A stretch of 64,000 nucleotides of DNA, from contig OZ244717.1 in assembly GCA_965218975.1 (NCBI GenBank), forward strand, positions 1,952,001 to 2,016,000, written 5' to 3'. A program made the translations under genes and the position numbers. Below are positions 1-9,116 of the stretch, in pieces. The stretch is from Candidatus Oxydemutatoraceae bacterium. GTDB lineage: Bacteria > Pseudomonadota > Gammaproteobacteria > Poriferisulfidales > Oxydemutatoraceae. The notes beneath the pieces were generated by a model. The model saw nothing but the letters and a program-made list of their open reading frames with translations, did not search any database and was not told the DNA's origin. The first letter of the stretch is position 1. Each line of letters starts with the position of its first letter.

Positions 1-4
1 AAGC

Positions 5-631
5 TTGCTTCCCGGACTGCTAATCCTGAACTTTACTCTGAGCCGAATGGACGCAGCTTTAATGTTGTTCGTTCTAGGCGGTATTTTATATGCGCTGATA
101 CGTCCGTTTCCACAATCAATAGCCTCATCTTCAGAGATTGAGGATGAAAGTGTGCACCAAGCCGCCGATCGCATCAACCAACCGGAATTGCGGTTACTGA
201 TTAGTCTCGCCGCTTTGTTAATTGGTTGTGAAATTGCGGTACGGACGGCAATTACGATTGCCGAAACTTTAGATATTAGTAAATTGATTATCGGACTAAC
301 CATCATCGCCATCGGCACTAGCTTGCCCGAACTCGCCGCGGCATTGGTTAGCGTTTACCGCAAACAGCATAGCATTGCGATTGGCAATATCATCGGTTCT
401 AATATTTTTAATAGCCTTGGAGTACTTGGATTTGCCACATTGATTCACCCGACAAATGTACCCGCAGAACTTCTCTATCGCGACTTCATCGTCATGTTCG
501 GTATTACGCTACTTGTGTGGCTATTTTTCGCCCTACCTCAAAAACACTGCATGGGCAGGAAGGAAGGGGTATTATTGCTAGCCGGATTTAGCGCATATCT
601 TGTCTGGTTATATTTTTCCGCAACGGCATAA
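5..631 (+). CDS. yrbG: Ca2+/Na+ antiporter (YrbG family), 5' end outside window
   Basis: GTSLPE and GNIIGSNIFN alpha-repeat motifs, multi-pass TM; directly upstream of kdsD. Confidence 0.9.
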   Translation: MLPGLLILNFTLSRMDAALMLFVLGGILYALIRPFPQSIASSSEIEDESVHQAADRINQPELRLLISLAALLIGCEIAVRTAITIAETLDISKLIIGLTIIAIGTSLPELAAALVSVYRKQHSIAIGNIIGSNIFNSLGVLGFATLIHPTNVPAELLYRDFIVMFGITLLVWLFFALPQKHCMGRKEGVLLLAGFSAYLVWLYFSATA

Positions 632-648
632 TACATAAAGCGCGATCA

Positions 649-1620
649 ATGGATAATTTCAAAAAAAATAAAGAACTCGCATTAGAAGTTCTGAAAACAG
701 AAGCGCATGCAATTTTAGCTTTGGAACCCTCATTAAACGAAAACTTCTTTCGCGCATGTGAAAAGCTAGTTGCTTGCGAAGGACGAATTGTTGTAATGGG
801 TATGGGCAAATCCGGCCATATTGCCGGTAAAATAGCCGCAACGATGGCGAGCACCGGCAGCCCGGCATTTTACTTGCACCCAGCGGAAGCGAATCATGGC
901 GATTTTGGTATGCTCCGACGTCATGATATCGTCGTGTTATTGTCACATTCCGGAGAAACCGGAGAAATTATTGGGCTACTACCGGCGTTAAAAAGAATGA
1001 AAATCACTATCATCGCCATTACCGCGGCGCCCGATTCGACATCGGGACAGGCGGCGGATATTCATATCGATACCGGCGTGCGCGAAGAAGCATGTCCGTT
1101 AGGATTGGCACCGACAACCAGCACTACGGCAACACTAGCAATCGGCGACGCGCTTGCACTTGTAGTTTCGCAAATGAAAGGATTTACTGCCGAAGACTTT
1201 GCTAAATCGCATCCGGGCGGTCAATTGGGAAAACAGCTACTGCTCAAAATCAAAGACATCATGCATACAGGGGGGGGGATACCCACAGTTTCGACAGAAA
1301 CTTTACTAGCGGATGCGCTATACGAAATGTCAAGCAAACGATTGGGAATGACGTTGATTGTACAGAACTCAGATCAGGTCGTCGGGATTTTTACCGACGG
1401 AGACTTACGTCGTGCGCTTGATCGCGGAACAGATATTCACGCTACCCCAATTCATACCGTAATGACCAAGCAATTTTATACAATTCCAGCCGACGCGCTT
1501 GCGGTTGAAGCGTTGCATTTGATGGAGCGGCATTCGATCAACGCAATACCGGTACTGGATACGCAACAACGTTTAGTCGGCGCATTAAACATACACGACC
1601 TACTTAACGCCGGAATTTAG
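649..1620 (+). CDS. kdsD: arabinose-5-phosphate isomerase (SIS + 2 CBS)
   Basis: GMGKSGHIAGKIAATMASTG, EACPLGLAPTTSTT, HPGG, C-terminal CBS pair. Confidence 0.95.
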   Translation: MDNFKKNKELALEVLKTEAHAILALEPSLNENFFRACEKLVACEGRIVVMGMGKSGHIAGKIAATMASTGSPAFYLHPAEANHGDFGMLRRHDIVVLLSHSGETGEIIGLLPALKRMKITIIAITAAPDSTSGQAADIHIDTGVREEACPLGLAPTTSTTATLAIGDALALVVSQMKGFTAEDFAKSHPGGQLGKQLLLKIKDIMHTGGGIPTVSTETLLADALYEMSSKRLGMTLIVQNSDQVVGIFTDGDLRRALDRGTDIHATPIHTVMTKQFYTIPADALAVEALHLMERHSINAIPVLDTQQRLVGALNIHDLLNAGI

Positions 1621-2381
1621 ACCTTAAACTCGCTGCCCAAATAAACGCGCCTTACATCATCGTTTGCCGACAAAGATTCGGAATTTCCCTCCGCGATAAT
1701 TTTGCCATGATTCATGATGTATGCTCGGTCACAAATGTGCAAAGCGGCGCGTACGTTATGATCAGTAAGCAATAAGCCGATACCTTTGGCGCGTAGCTGC
1801 ACCATCAATTTTTGAATCTCGAGCACTGAAAGCGGGTCCACATTGGCAAACGGTTCATCAAGCAGAACAAATAATGGTTCGCGCGCAAGCGTACGGGCAA
1901 TCTCAACTCGCCGGCGTTCACCGCCCGAAAGCGACAATCCGATATTATCACGCACTTCTTGCAAATGAAACTCATCAAGCAACGCTTCAAGTTTTTGATC
2001 AATTCCTTGTTGATCAAACTTCGGATTCGCCTCAAGACCCACTCGAATATTGTCGGTAACACTCAACCTGCGAAACACCGACATTTCCTGCGGTAAATAA
2101 CCGATTCCATGATGGGCGCGTTGATGCATAAACATTGTTGAAATGTCGATATCGTCCATCAGAATTTTCCCGGTATCAGAAACTATCAAACCAATCAGCA
2201 TGGAGAAAACCGTAGTCTTCCCCGCACCATTCGGCCCGAGCAAGCCAACAATATCGCCGCTATTCAGATATAAGGAAACCGCATCAACCGCTTTTTTATT
2301 AAAATACTCTTTACTCAGATTAACAACTTTGAGAGTGTGGAACATAAATTGATTATCTTTCCGTTCCGCGCTCGGGATCAA
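1617..2381 (-). CDS. lptB: LPS export ABC ATPase (true start may be a few codons later)
   Basis: GPNGAGKTT, GYLPQE, LSGGERRRVEIAR, LLDEPF, TDHNVR. Confidence 0.95.
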   Translation of the reverse strand: MIPSAERKDNQFMFHTLKVVNLSKEYFNKKAVDAVSLYLNSGDIVGLLGPNGAGKTTVFSMLIGLIVSDTGKILMDDIDISTMFMHQRAHHGIGYLPQEMSVFRRLSVTDNIRVGLEANPKFDQQGIDQKLEALLDEFHLQEVRDNIGLSLSGGERRRVEIARTLAREPLFVLLDEPFANVDPLSVLEIQKLMVQLRAKGIGLLLTDHNVRAALHICDRAYIMNHGKIIAEGNSESLSANDDVRRVYLGSEFKV

Positions 2382-2841
2382 TCGTCAAACGTACTCTTCC
2401 TCGCCGTTTAGGCGCTTGAATAAACTCTTTGTCCATATCGTACACGATATAGTTGCCGCGAAAGATACTCCCGGCATAATTAACCACAACGTCATCATAC
2501 ATACGAATAATCCGATTGCGTCCGTCATAATCAATTTTTTTTGCTTCCATGTAGATATCGCCTTTTGACAAATGATCCTCGAATGTGCTTGGCGTGCCGC
2601 GCAAAATAATTCGTGCCGGATTGTCTCCGTCAAACGTTACTTCCATCATATTCCCGGTCAAATACAAGGAACCTTTACGGATCATTACTTTACCGCGGTA
2701 GATGCTTACCCCGGTCTCATAATCATATTCGGCGCTATCGGCTTCGACCTCAAATGCTTGTTTCGATTCCGCGGCGGAAACTGTAACAAAAGCGCCGCAT
2801 GATAAAGTAATAAGAACGGCAAATAAATGCTTAATTCGCAT
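2353..2841 (-). CDS. lptA: LPS transport periplasmic protein
   Basis: Signal peptide, OstA-like sequence, C-terminal GRVRLTI; between lptC and lptB. Confidence 0.85.
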   Translation of the reverse strand: MRIKHLFAVLITLSCGAFVTVSAAESKQAFEVEADSAEYDYETGVSIYRGKVMIRKGSLYLTGNMMEVTFDGDNPARIILRGTPSTFEDHLSKGDIYMEAKKIDYDGRNRIIRMYDDVVVNYAGSIFRGNYIVYDMDKEFIQAPKRRGRVRLTIDPERGTER

Positions 2842-3379
2842 CTCGCATTTTCACGTTGCGCAACAGTTTCATCTTAGCCTGAACCAAATCAACTTCCAAA
2901 CCGTCACCGGCGAGCACCTGATTCTTCCGTTTAATAATGGTATAAGCGTCAGTCTCGGCCATTTTAGCCGGAGTGTCAATAATGATGTCCCGCGTATTAG
3001 CGGATTCATCAACTTCCACATCGGATAACCGGCGCCGGATAATGACTTCTCCGCGAAGTTCGATAGTATTGCCACCATCCAGTATTTTACCGGAATCAGA
3101 GGCCAACATAATCGTCTTGCCGCCCGTTGCAGTATAAAGCAGACGTAAAGACCCTAAATCCACCCGGCTCTCATCAGTAAAATAGTTAAACCGGTCGCTT
3201 TCTAAAAAATAAAGTCTTTTACCATCGGAAGTGAAAAACACCGACTTGACCCGGCTTAATTCGCCTTCAATCGCACGAGTTTCCGCCGTATGATCCGTAA
3301 CCGTTTCCTTGCGTTCATCCATAATCTGCCACATCATCAAGCCGGTCAGCGTCAAAATGCTAAGAAGGTACACTTTCAT
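2831..3379 (-). CDS. lptC: LPS export protein LptC
   Basis: N-terminal TM then beta-rich domain; ATG at 3379 overlaps the kdsC stop (ATGA). Confidence 0.8.
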   Translation of the reverse strand: MKVYLLSILTLTGLMMWQIMDERKETVTDHTAETRAIEGELSRVKSVFFTSDGKRLYFLESDRFNYFTDESRVDLGSLRLLYTATGGKTIMLASDSGKILDGGNTIELRGEVIIRRRLSDVEVDESANTRDIIIDTPAKMAETDAYTIIKRKNQVLAGDGLEVDLVQAKMKLLRNVKMRDAN

Positions 3380-3945
3380 GTCAAACAATACCGCATCACT
3401 TGATTCCACTGCGATTGTTGTTTGAGAAGCATATCTGCGAATTCGCGCACCGCACCGCAACCACCCGCTGAAGAGGCGACCCAATCGACATAACTCAGTA
3501 TTTCAGGATGCGCATTCGCCGGTGCGCACGTCACACCGCTACGCACCATCAACGGCAAATCGGGTAAGTCATCTCCCATACAGGCAATATGTTCAGAAGC
3601 GATTCGCGTTTCATTCAATAACTGCGCCAATGCTTCGGTTTTATTCCGAAACCCTGGGTAATAATACCGAATTCCCAAATCTTGCATCCGATTCTCAACC
3701 GCTCGCGAAACTCGTCCCGAAATAACCGCTACTTGAATACCATAGTGCAGCAGCAGACGGATTCCATGACCGTCCTTGACGTCAAAGGATTTCCACTCTA
3801 ACCCTTCGGCGGTATAATAAAGCCGCCCGTCGGTCAAAACACCGTCCACATCCAAAATAAGCATGCGAACGGCGGCAATCCTTGCCTGTAACCATTTGTC
3901 CATTTGATCCGAATATCCTAATTGATAGCTAGTCAACCGTGGCAT
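3376..3945 (-). CDS. kdsC: KDO-8-phosphate phosphatase (start may be 3903)
   Basis: LDVDGVLTDG, KDGHGI, GDDLPD, GGCGAVRE. Confidence 0.95.
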   Translation of the reverse strand: MPRLTSYQLGYSDQMDKWLQARIAAVRMLILDVDGVLTDGRLYYTAEGLEWKSFDVKDGHGIRLLLHYGIQVAVISGRVSRAVENRMQDLGIRYYYPGFRNKTEALAQLLNETRIASEHIACMGDDLPDLPLMVRSGVTCAPANAHPEILSYVDWVASSAGGCGAVREFADMLLKQQSQWNQVMRYCLT

Positions 3946-4022
3946 AAGTATAGCAAGTGGCTTAGAACATTATATAATTTAAATTAAAGAATGAATTTAA
4001 TCGCCCTTAACTAGGAGGCATT

Positions 4023-4346
4023 ATGGAAATTCACCTTTCAGGACAACACATAGAGATAACCGATGCATTGCAGAATTACTTGAAACAAAAGCTGGAAAAA
4101 ATCCAAAAACACTTCGATCACTTAGTCGATATCACAATCAATATCCGCGTAGAAAAAAACCAGCATCTTGCCGATGCGACAATTTTAGTTAGCGGCAATA
4201 AAATTTTTGCCATGGCAAGTTCGAATGATATGTATGCTACTTTCGACAGCTTGACACATAAACTGGATCGTCAAATTATTAAACATAAGGAAAAATTAAA
4301 AAGTCATCATAGCAAAGACGTCACACATCACATACCGAACAAATAA
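4023..4346 (+). CDS. hpf: ribosome hibernation promoting factor
   Basis: GQHIEITDAL...DMYA...KLDRQIIKHKEK; AGGAGG RBS upstream. Confidence 0.95.
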   Translation: MEIHLSGQHIEITDALQNYLKQKLEKIQKHFDHLVDITINIRVEKNQHLADATILVSGNKIFAMASSNDMYATFDSLTHKLDRQIIKHKEKLKSHHSKDVTHHIPNK

Positions 4347-4362
4347 TCCACCGACAAACCGA

Positions 4363-4842
4363 TTGATGCCCATACATATTCTGCTCTCCGTTGACCGTAT
4401 TCAATTAATCGAAAATACACTGGCCAGTCGCAAACGGGTGCTGCAAGCGCTTGCTGGTATGCTCGCTAACCCGGAAGACAAGATTTCCGAACAGATGATA
4501 TTAAATCAATTGTTAGAACGTGAAAAGTTGGGCAGCACTAGTCTTGGCGACAGTGTCGCGGTGCCGCATTGCCGAATACCTAATTTACCGCAACCCTGCG
4601 CTGCACTTTTACGCGTGGTGCCGGGAATTGAATACGACGCACCCGATAATGTGCCGGTCAAACTATTCTTTGCGTTGCTGGTCCCGCAGGACGCAGCCGA
4701 AGAACATTTGCAGTTGCTTGCCAATGTTGCAAAAATTCTCACGCAACCCAAAGTGAAAAATGATTTGATGGAAACAAACGACGCGACACAAATTATCTCA
4801 ATACTAAAAAATGCCGATGAACGAACATCCCACTTTGCATAA
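4363..4842 (+). CDS. ptsN: PTS EIIA-Ntr
   Basis: REKLGST-LG-VAVPH motif, D-PD-PVKL. Confidence 0.9.
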   Translation: MMPIHILLSVDRIQLIENTLASRKRVLQALAGMLANPEDKISEQMILNQLLEREKLGSTSLGDSVAVPHCRIPNLPQPCAALLRVVPGIEYDAPDNVPVKLFFALLVPQDAAEEHLQLLANVAKILTQPKVKNDLMETNDATQIISILKNADERTSHFA

Positions 4843-5752
4843 TTTTTATAAAACACAAGCAAATGCCCTGCATCTGAAATGGGTTGCTGGAAAAGGCAAT
4901 GAAAATCGCACTTTTGTCAAAAACCTAAGCAATTCCAAAACCGGCGTGGTCGGTTATTTTAATTTGATTCATTCGAGCCAAGCGCAGATACTCGGTAACA
5001 CCGAGATGCAGTACCTGCAATCTCTAAAGAAACAAGCTTTGGAAGAAAGCCTAGACCGATTATTTGATCAGGAAACCGTACTCGCAATTATCGCCGACAA
5101 TCGCATCCCGTTCCCCAAGATGAAAGAACTAGCAAACCGACGTCAAGTTGCCCTGTTTACATCAGATCTTCCGGGCGAACAGCTGCTTGATGAGCTACGC
5201 TACTACTTTACACAGCTACTTGCAAACAAAGTCAACCTGCATGGAGTGTTTATGGAAGTTTTAAGTATTGGCGTACTGTTGACCGGCGATAGCGGTGTCG
5301 GCAAAAGCGAACTGGCCCTGGAACTAGTCACCCGGGGGCACCGCCTCATTGCAGACGACGCTCCCCTATTTGCCAGAATTGCACCGGACATTATTATCGG
5401 CACTTCACCGCCGGTAATACAAGATTTTCTTGAAGTAAGAGGATTAGGTATCCTCAATATACGGCATATGTACGGAGACAGCGTGATTAAAATGAGCAAA
5501 TATTTAAAATTGATTATTTCTTTACAGGTGGGTAAAGATGGAGTAACCGATAACAACCGTCTGATAGCTCCGAAACAGACACGGAATGTTTTAGGTATGG
5601 AAATCCCCGTATCGATCATCCCGGTTGCGGCCGGGCGTAACCTTGCAGTGTTGGTTGAAGCTGCGGTGCGCAATCACCTTTTGCGGCTCAGTAATTATTA
5701 TGCCGATACCGACATTATCTCACGTCAACAAGAAGTCATGCGAGAATCATGA
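4811..5752 (+). CDS. hprK: HPr kinase/phosphorylase
   Basis: LHGV, GDSGVGKSE, GHRLIADD, LEVRGLGI, PVAAGRNLA. Confidence 0.95.
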   Translation: MPMNEHPTLHNFYKTQANALHLKWVAGKGNENRTFVKNLSNSKTGVVGYFNLIHSSQAQILGNTEMQYLQSLKKQALEESLDRLFDQETVLAIIADNRIPFPKMKELANRRQVALFTSDLPGEQLLDELRYYFTQLLANKVNLHGVFMEVLSIGVLLTGDSGVGKSELALELVTRGHRLIADDAPLFARIAPDIIIGTSPPVIQDFLEVRGLGILNIRHMYGDSVIKMSKYLKLIISLQVGKDGVTDNNRLIAPKQTRNVLGMEIPVSIIPVAAGRNLAVLVEAAVRNHLLRLSNYYADTDIISRQQEVMRES

Positions 5753-6603
5753 GGTTCATCGTTATCAGCGGCTTGTCAGGCGCCGGCAAGTCGGTCGCAT
5801 TGCACACGCTTGAAGATGAAGGATTTCAGTGCATCGATAATTTGCCGGTGGAAATCTTTGAATATATGGTCAATCGCATCATACAAACCATTTCAGCTTC
5901 AGGCCAAAAGATTGCAATCAGTATTGATGTGCGCAGCCTTAGACATAGAGGAAACCATATCATCGAATTGCTAGATAGGCTGAAAAATAAAAATATAGAA
6001 ACGAACTTAATTTTCGTTGATGCAAACACGGAAACTTTAATCCGCCGCTACAACGAAACTCATCGTCCTCATCCGCTAGCTACCGATGGGAGAACCTTGC
6101 AAGAAGCAATTGATGCCGAAATTGAATATTTAATGGGAATTTCACAATATGCCGATACTATCATCACAACTACCGGCTTAAATCAGCATCAATTAAGATA
6201 CCAAATCCGCTCGCAAGTATGCCATTCGCCCAACCGTTTCTGCTTAACTTTACAATCTTTTGGATTCAAGCATAGTATTCCGCCCGACTCAAACCATGTG
6301 TTTGACGTACGTTGCCTTCCCAATCCCTATTGGGAACCGCAATTGAGAGAACTCACCGGCACAGACGAACGAGTTAAAAAGTTTTTGGAAAGCCATCAAG
6401 AATGTGAAAAGATGTCGGAGCAAATTTATACATTTATTAATTTCTGGCTACCAAAGTTTGCGGCGGCGGGACGCAAGACTCTGGCAGTTTCAATCGGCTG
6501 CACCGGCGGGCAGCATCGCTCGGTATACATTGTCGAACGTCTCTATCAATCTCTGCAGAATCATCCGCGTTGCACCATTGAAAAACGCCATAACGATATT
6601 TAA
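5749..6603 (+). CDS. rapZ: RNase adapter RapZ
   Basis: SGLSGAGKS, DNLP, SFGFK, DVRCLPNP, IGCTGGQHRSV. Confidence 0.95.
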   Translation: MRFIVISGLSGAGKSVALHTLEDEGFQCIDNLPVEIFEYMVNRIIQTISASGQKIAISIDVRSLRHRGNHIIELLDRLKNKNIETNLIFVDANTETLIRRYNETHRPHPLATDGRTLQEAIDAEIEYLMGISQYADTIITTTGLNQHQLRYQIRSQVCHSPNRFCLTLQSFGFKHSIPPDSNHVFDVRCLPNPYWEPQLRELTGTDERVKKFLESHQECEKMSEQIYTFINFWLPKFAAAGRKTLAVSIGCTGGQHRSVYIVERLYQSLQNHPRCTIEKRHNDI

Positions 6604-6609
6604 CCGGCA

Positions 6610-6999
6610 ATGGCTGTCGGAATTTTATTGATCACTCATCCGCATGTGGGAAGGATACTGCTGGAAACAGCGGTGTCGCTGATCGGAGATTTACCCGTTT
6701 CGATTGAATACTTGGATGTTCCTCTTGCCAACGATACTGAAACTGTTTTCAAACAAGCCGATGCGTTATGCGCAAAACTTGATGACGGTGCGGGAATTTT
6801 AGTGTTGACGGATTTATACGGCGCGACCCCGAACAATATTGCCAAGCGATTGACCGACAAACGCAACGCCCGTATCGTCAGTGGTGTTAATTTACCGATG
6901 CTAATGAAAACATTGAACTACTGCCGGTTGCCCCTTGCCGAACTAGCACGCAAAGCGTATTCCGGAGGACGCGACAACATTATAAAACACGGAACATAA
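6610..6999 (+). CDS. PTS mannose/fructose-type EIIA
   Basis: ILLITH, LTDLYGATPNN, GVNLPML. Confidence 0.9.
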   Translation: MAVGILLITHPHVGRILLETAVSLIGDLPVSIEYLDVPLANDTETVFKQADALCAKLDDGAGILVLTDLYGATPNNIAKRLTDKRNARIVSGVNLPMLMKTLNYCRLPLAELARKAYSGGRDNIIKHGT

Positions 7000-7121
7000 A
7001 TTTCGTCTCAGTTATACGATGCCACCCTAAATGGGATGTTTGAAGGGCTTCGGGGGAAGAGTTCGGCAGTAACATTCGGATCGGTGCTTTCTGTCCGTTG
7101 CCGGCATGAGGGCGGTGCAGG

Positions 7122-7223
7122 GTGAGACGCGCTCGGAAAACCGATCGGTTTTCAGCGGCGAACGACCCGACAAGGACGTCGGGGCTGGTGCTCATTGACA
7201 GAACCAAGTCTCGTCATGGACGA
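7122..7223 (+). repeat. Structured insert copy 1a (strand given as GTGAG-first orientation)
   Basis: GTGCAGG|GTGAGACGCG...CATGGACGA. Confidence 0.95.
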
Positions 7224-7228
7224 GCAGG

Positions 7229-7344
7229 GTGAGACGCGCCCGGAAAACCGATCGGTTTTCAGCGGCGAACGACCCGACAAGGACGTCGGGGCTGGCGCTC
7301 ATTGACAGAACCAAGTCTCGTCATGGACGACAGGCACTTTGCCG
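7229..7344 (+). repeat. Structured insert copy 1b
   Basis: GAGCAGG|GTGAG...CACTTTGCCG, then transposase sequence GGTTGCGGCCAG. Confidence 0.95.
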
Positions 7345-7710
7345 GGTTGCGGCCAGATCCGCCGACGCCTCTTGCGCGGCGCTTTGCCGCGGTCATGCAA
7401 GGCGCTGAGCCCAGTGCGGCAATAACGTCGGCGCCAGCGGTACAAAGTGCTGCGACCGACCTTGAATGCATCCAGGGTTGCATCTAGTCCGTGTTTCTCC
7501 CAAAATAACAGGGCATCGTGTTTCTGTTGAGCCGTTGTGTTCATAATAGCCTCTATTTTTGAAGCAAAATTGGCTCATATAGAAACCTTTGATGCGGTGG
7601 CCGATGTGCTGATATTGCATATCGGTCACCTTTTCGAGTCGTGCCGTGAGTCCCATATGTATCTGGCACTATACATCAGTAATATAAAATACTAAAAAAG
7701 ACACAGCCCC

Positions 7711-9060
7711 TTGATGTCAACAAATAAACAACAAACTATTCTTGAGCAATTCTCCGGCTTATTAAGCTCCGGGAAAATGGCATCAACCAGGCGAACCTTG
7801 AACAATTTACATCCGACCGAGATTGCTCGGTTGATTGAATCTTTGCCGATTCAAAAACGCCGGATTCTTTGGGGGTTACTGCATCCTGAAAATGCCGGCG
7901 AAGTACTTTTGGAAGTCAGCGATGACGTACGCGACGATTTGATTGATGTCACCGATGCCGATGAATTGATCCGCGCGCTCAAGGACCTGGAAACCGATGA
8001 ATTGGCTGACTTGTTTTCCAATTTGCCGCAAACGGTGACCGACGGGATTTTACAACAGCTTGCCGATCAGGACCGACAACGTTTGGAACAAGTTATCTCT
8101 TATGCCGAAGACAGCGCCGGTGGGCTGATGGATATTGACACTATCTCCATACGGGAAAATATTAGCTTGGATATTGTGCGCCGTTATCTAAGAATGCGAC
8201 AAAATCTTCCTGAGCATACCGACAGCCTTTTTGTCGTCGACCATAAAAATCATTATCTTGGAATCCTATCGCTATCTAACCTGTTGACTAAAAGCCGTAG
8301 TACTCTGGTGCGTGAAGTTATGAACACCGAGATCCGAGGGATCGATGTCAATACACCCGATACCGAAGTTGCCAATTTGTTTCAAGACTTCGACTTAGTA
8401 TCGTCACCGGTGATTGATGTCGATGGCACTTTGGTTGGTCGTATCACCGTTGACGATGTCGTTGATGTGATTCGTAAAGAAGCGCGCCAAGTGGAATTTA
8501 GCGCCGCCGGATTACCCGCGGATGAAAGCTTGTTTAGTGCGACGACTACTTCGGCACAACGACGCGGGGTCTGGCTCGGAATCAACTTGATCACGGCATT
8601 CCTTGCCGCATGGGTTATCAGCTTATTTGAAGGAACGCTGGAAAAATTAATTGCGCTTGCAATTCTACTTCCGGTCGTTGCAAGTATGGGAGGCATTGCC
8701 GGCACACAAACCTTAACTTTGATTATCCGTGGTATTGCGACCGGTCAAGTAGGACAGAGTAACACCTTTCTTATCTTATTGAAGGAACTGCGTATCGGCG
8801 CATTGAACAGCCTTGTTTGGGGACTAATCGTCGGACTATTAGCCGCATATTGGTTTGATAATATATTTTTGGGAGTCATGATCACCATAGCGATGATTGT
8901 CAATTTAATTTCTGCTGCTTTGGCCGGTGTTTATATACCGGTACTGATGAAAAAACTTGGAATTGATCCCGCGGTTGCCGGCGGTGTCGTTCTGACCACT
9001 ATTACCGACATCATTGGAATTTTTACTTTCCTTGGTTTAGCAACATTATTCTTGTTATAA
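7711..9060 (+). CDS. mgtE: magnesium transporter MgtE
   Basis: YAEDSAGGLM, CBS pair, GRITVDDVVD, SMGGIAGTQT, DPA, TTITD. Confidence 0.95.
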   Translation: MMSTNKQQTILEQFSGLLSSGKMASTRRTLNNLHPTEIARLIESLPIQKRRILWGLLHPENAGEVLLEVSDDVRDDLIDVTDADELIRALKDLETDELADLFSNLPQTVTDGILQQLADQDRQRLEQVISYAEDSAGGLMDIDTISIRENISLDIVRRYLRMRQNLPEHTDSLFVVDHKNHYLGILSLSNLLTKSRSTLVREVMNTEIRGIDVNTPDTEVANLFQDFDLVSSPVIDVDGTLVGRITVDDVVDVIRKEARQVEFSAAGLPADESLFSATTTSAQRRGVWLGINLITAFLAAWVISLFEGTLEKLIALAILLPVVASMGGIAGTQTLTLIIRGIATGQVGQSNTFLILLKELRIGALNSLVWGLIVGLLAAYWFDNIFLGVMITIAMIVNLISAALAGVYIPVLMKKLGIDPAVAGGVVLTTITDIIGIFTFLGLATLFLL

Positions 9061-9116
9061 TTGTTCTGAAATTTGATTTAACCTAACCAATATCCAACCC
9101 AAACGACCGAAACGAC

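Larger units (their letters stand above)
7013..7675 (-). mobile_element. Defective IS481-family element (locus 1) with both ends, 5-bp TSD and two copies of the structured insert
   Basis: Imperfect terminal IRs T(A)TACGATGCCA..ATGGGA and TGTATAGTGCCA..ATGGGA. TCAGT at 7008-7012 and 7676-7680. Transposase N-term (ALLFWEKHGLDATLDAFKVGRSTLYRW) and C-term (LHRPHAG..SHLGWHR) remain; catalytic core absent. Confidence 0.85.

Noticed and set aside
6980-7487. Recurrent short ORFs (MVLSMS.., MTEPSLVMDDR.., MRRARKTDRF..) in all four IS loci
   Set aside because: They are translations of the non-coding insert with variable frames and ends, and they fuse arbitrarily to transposase fragments.
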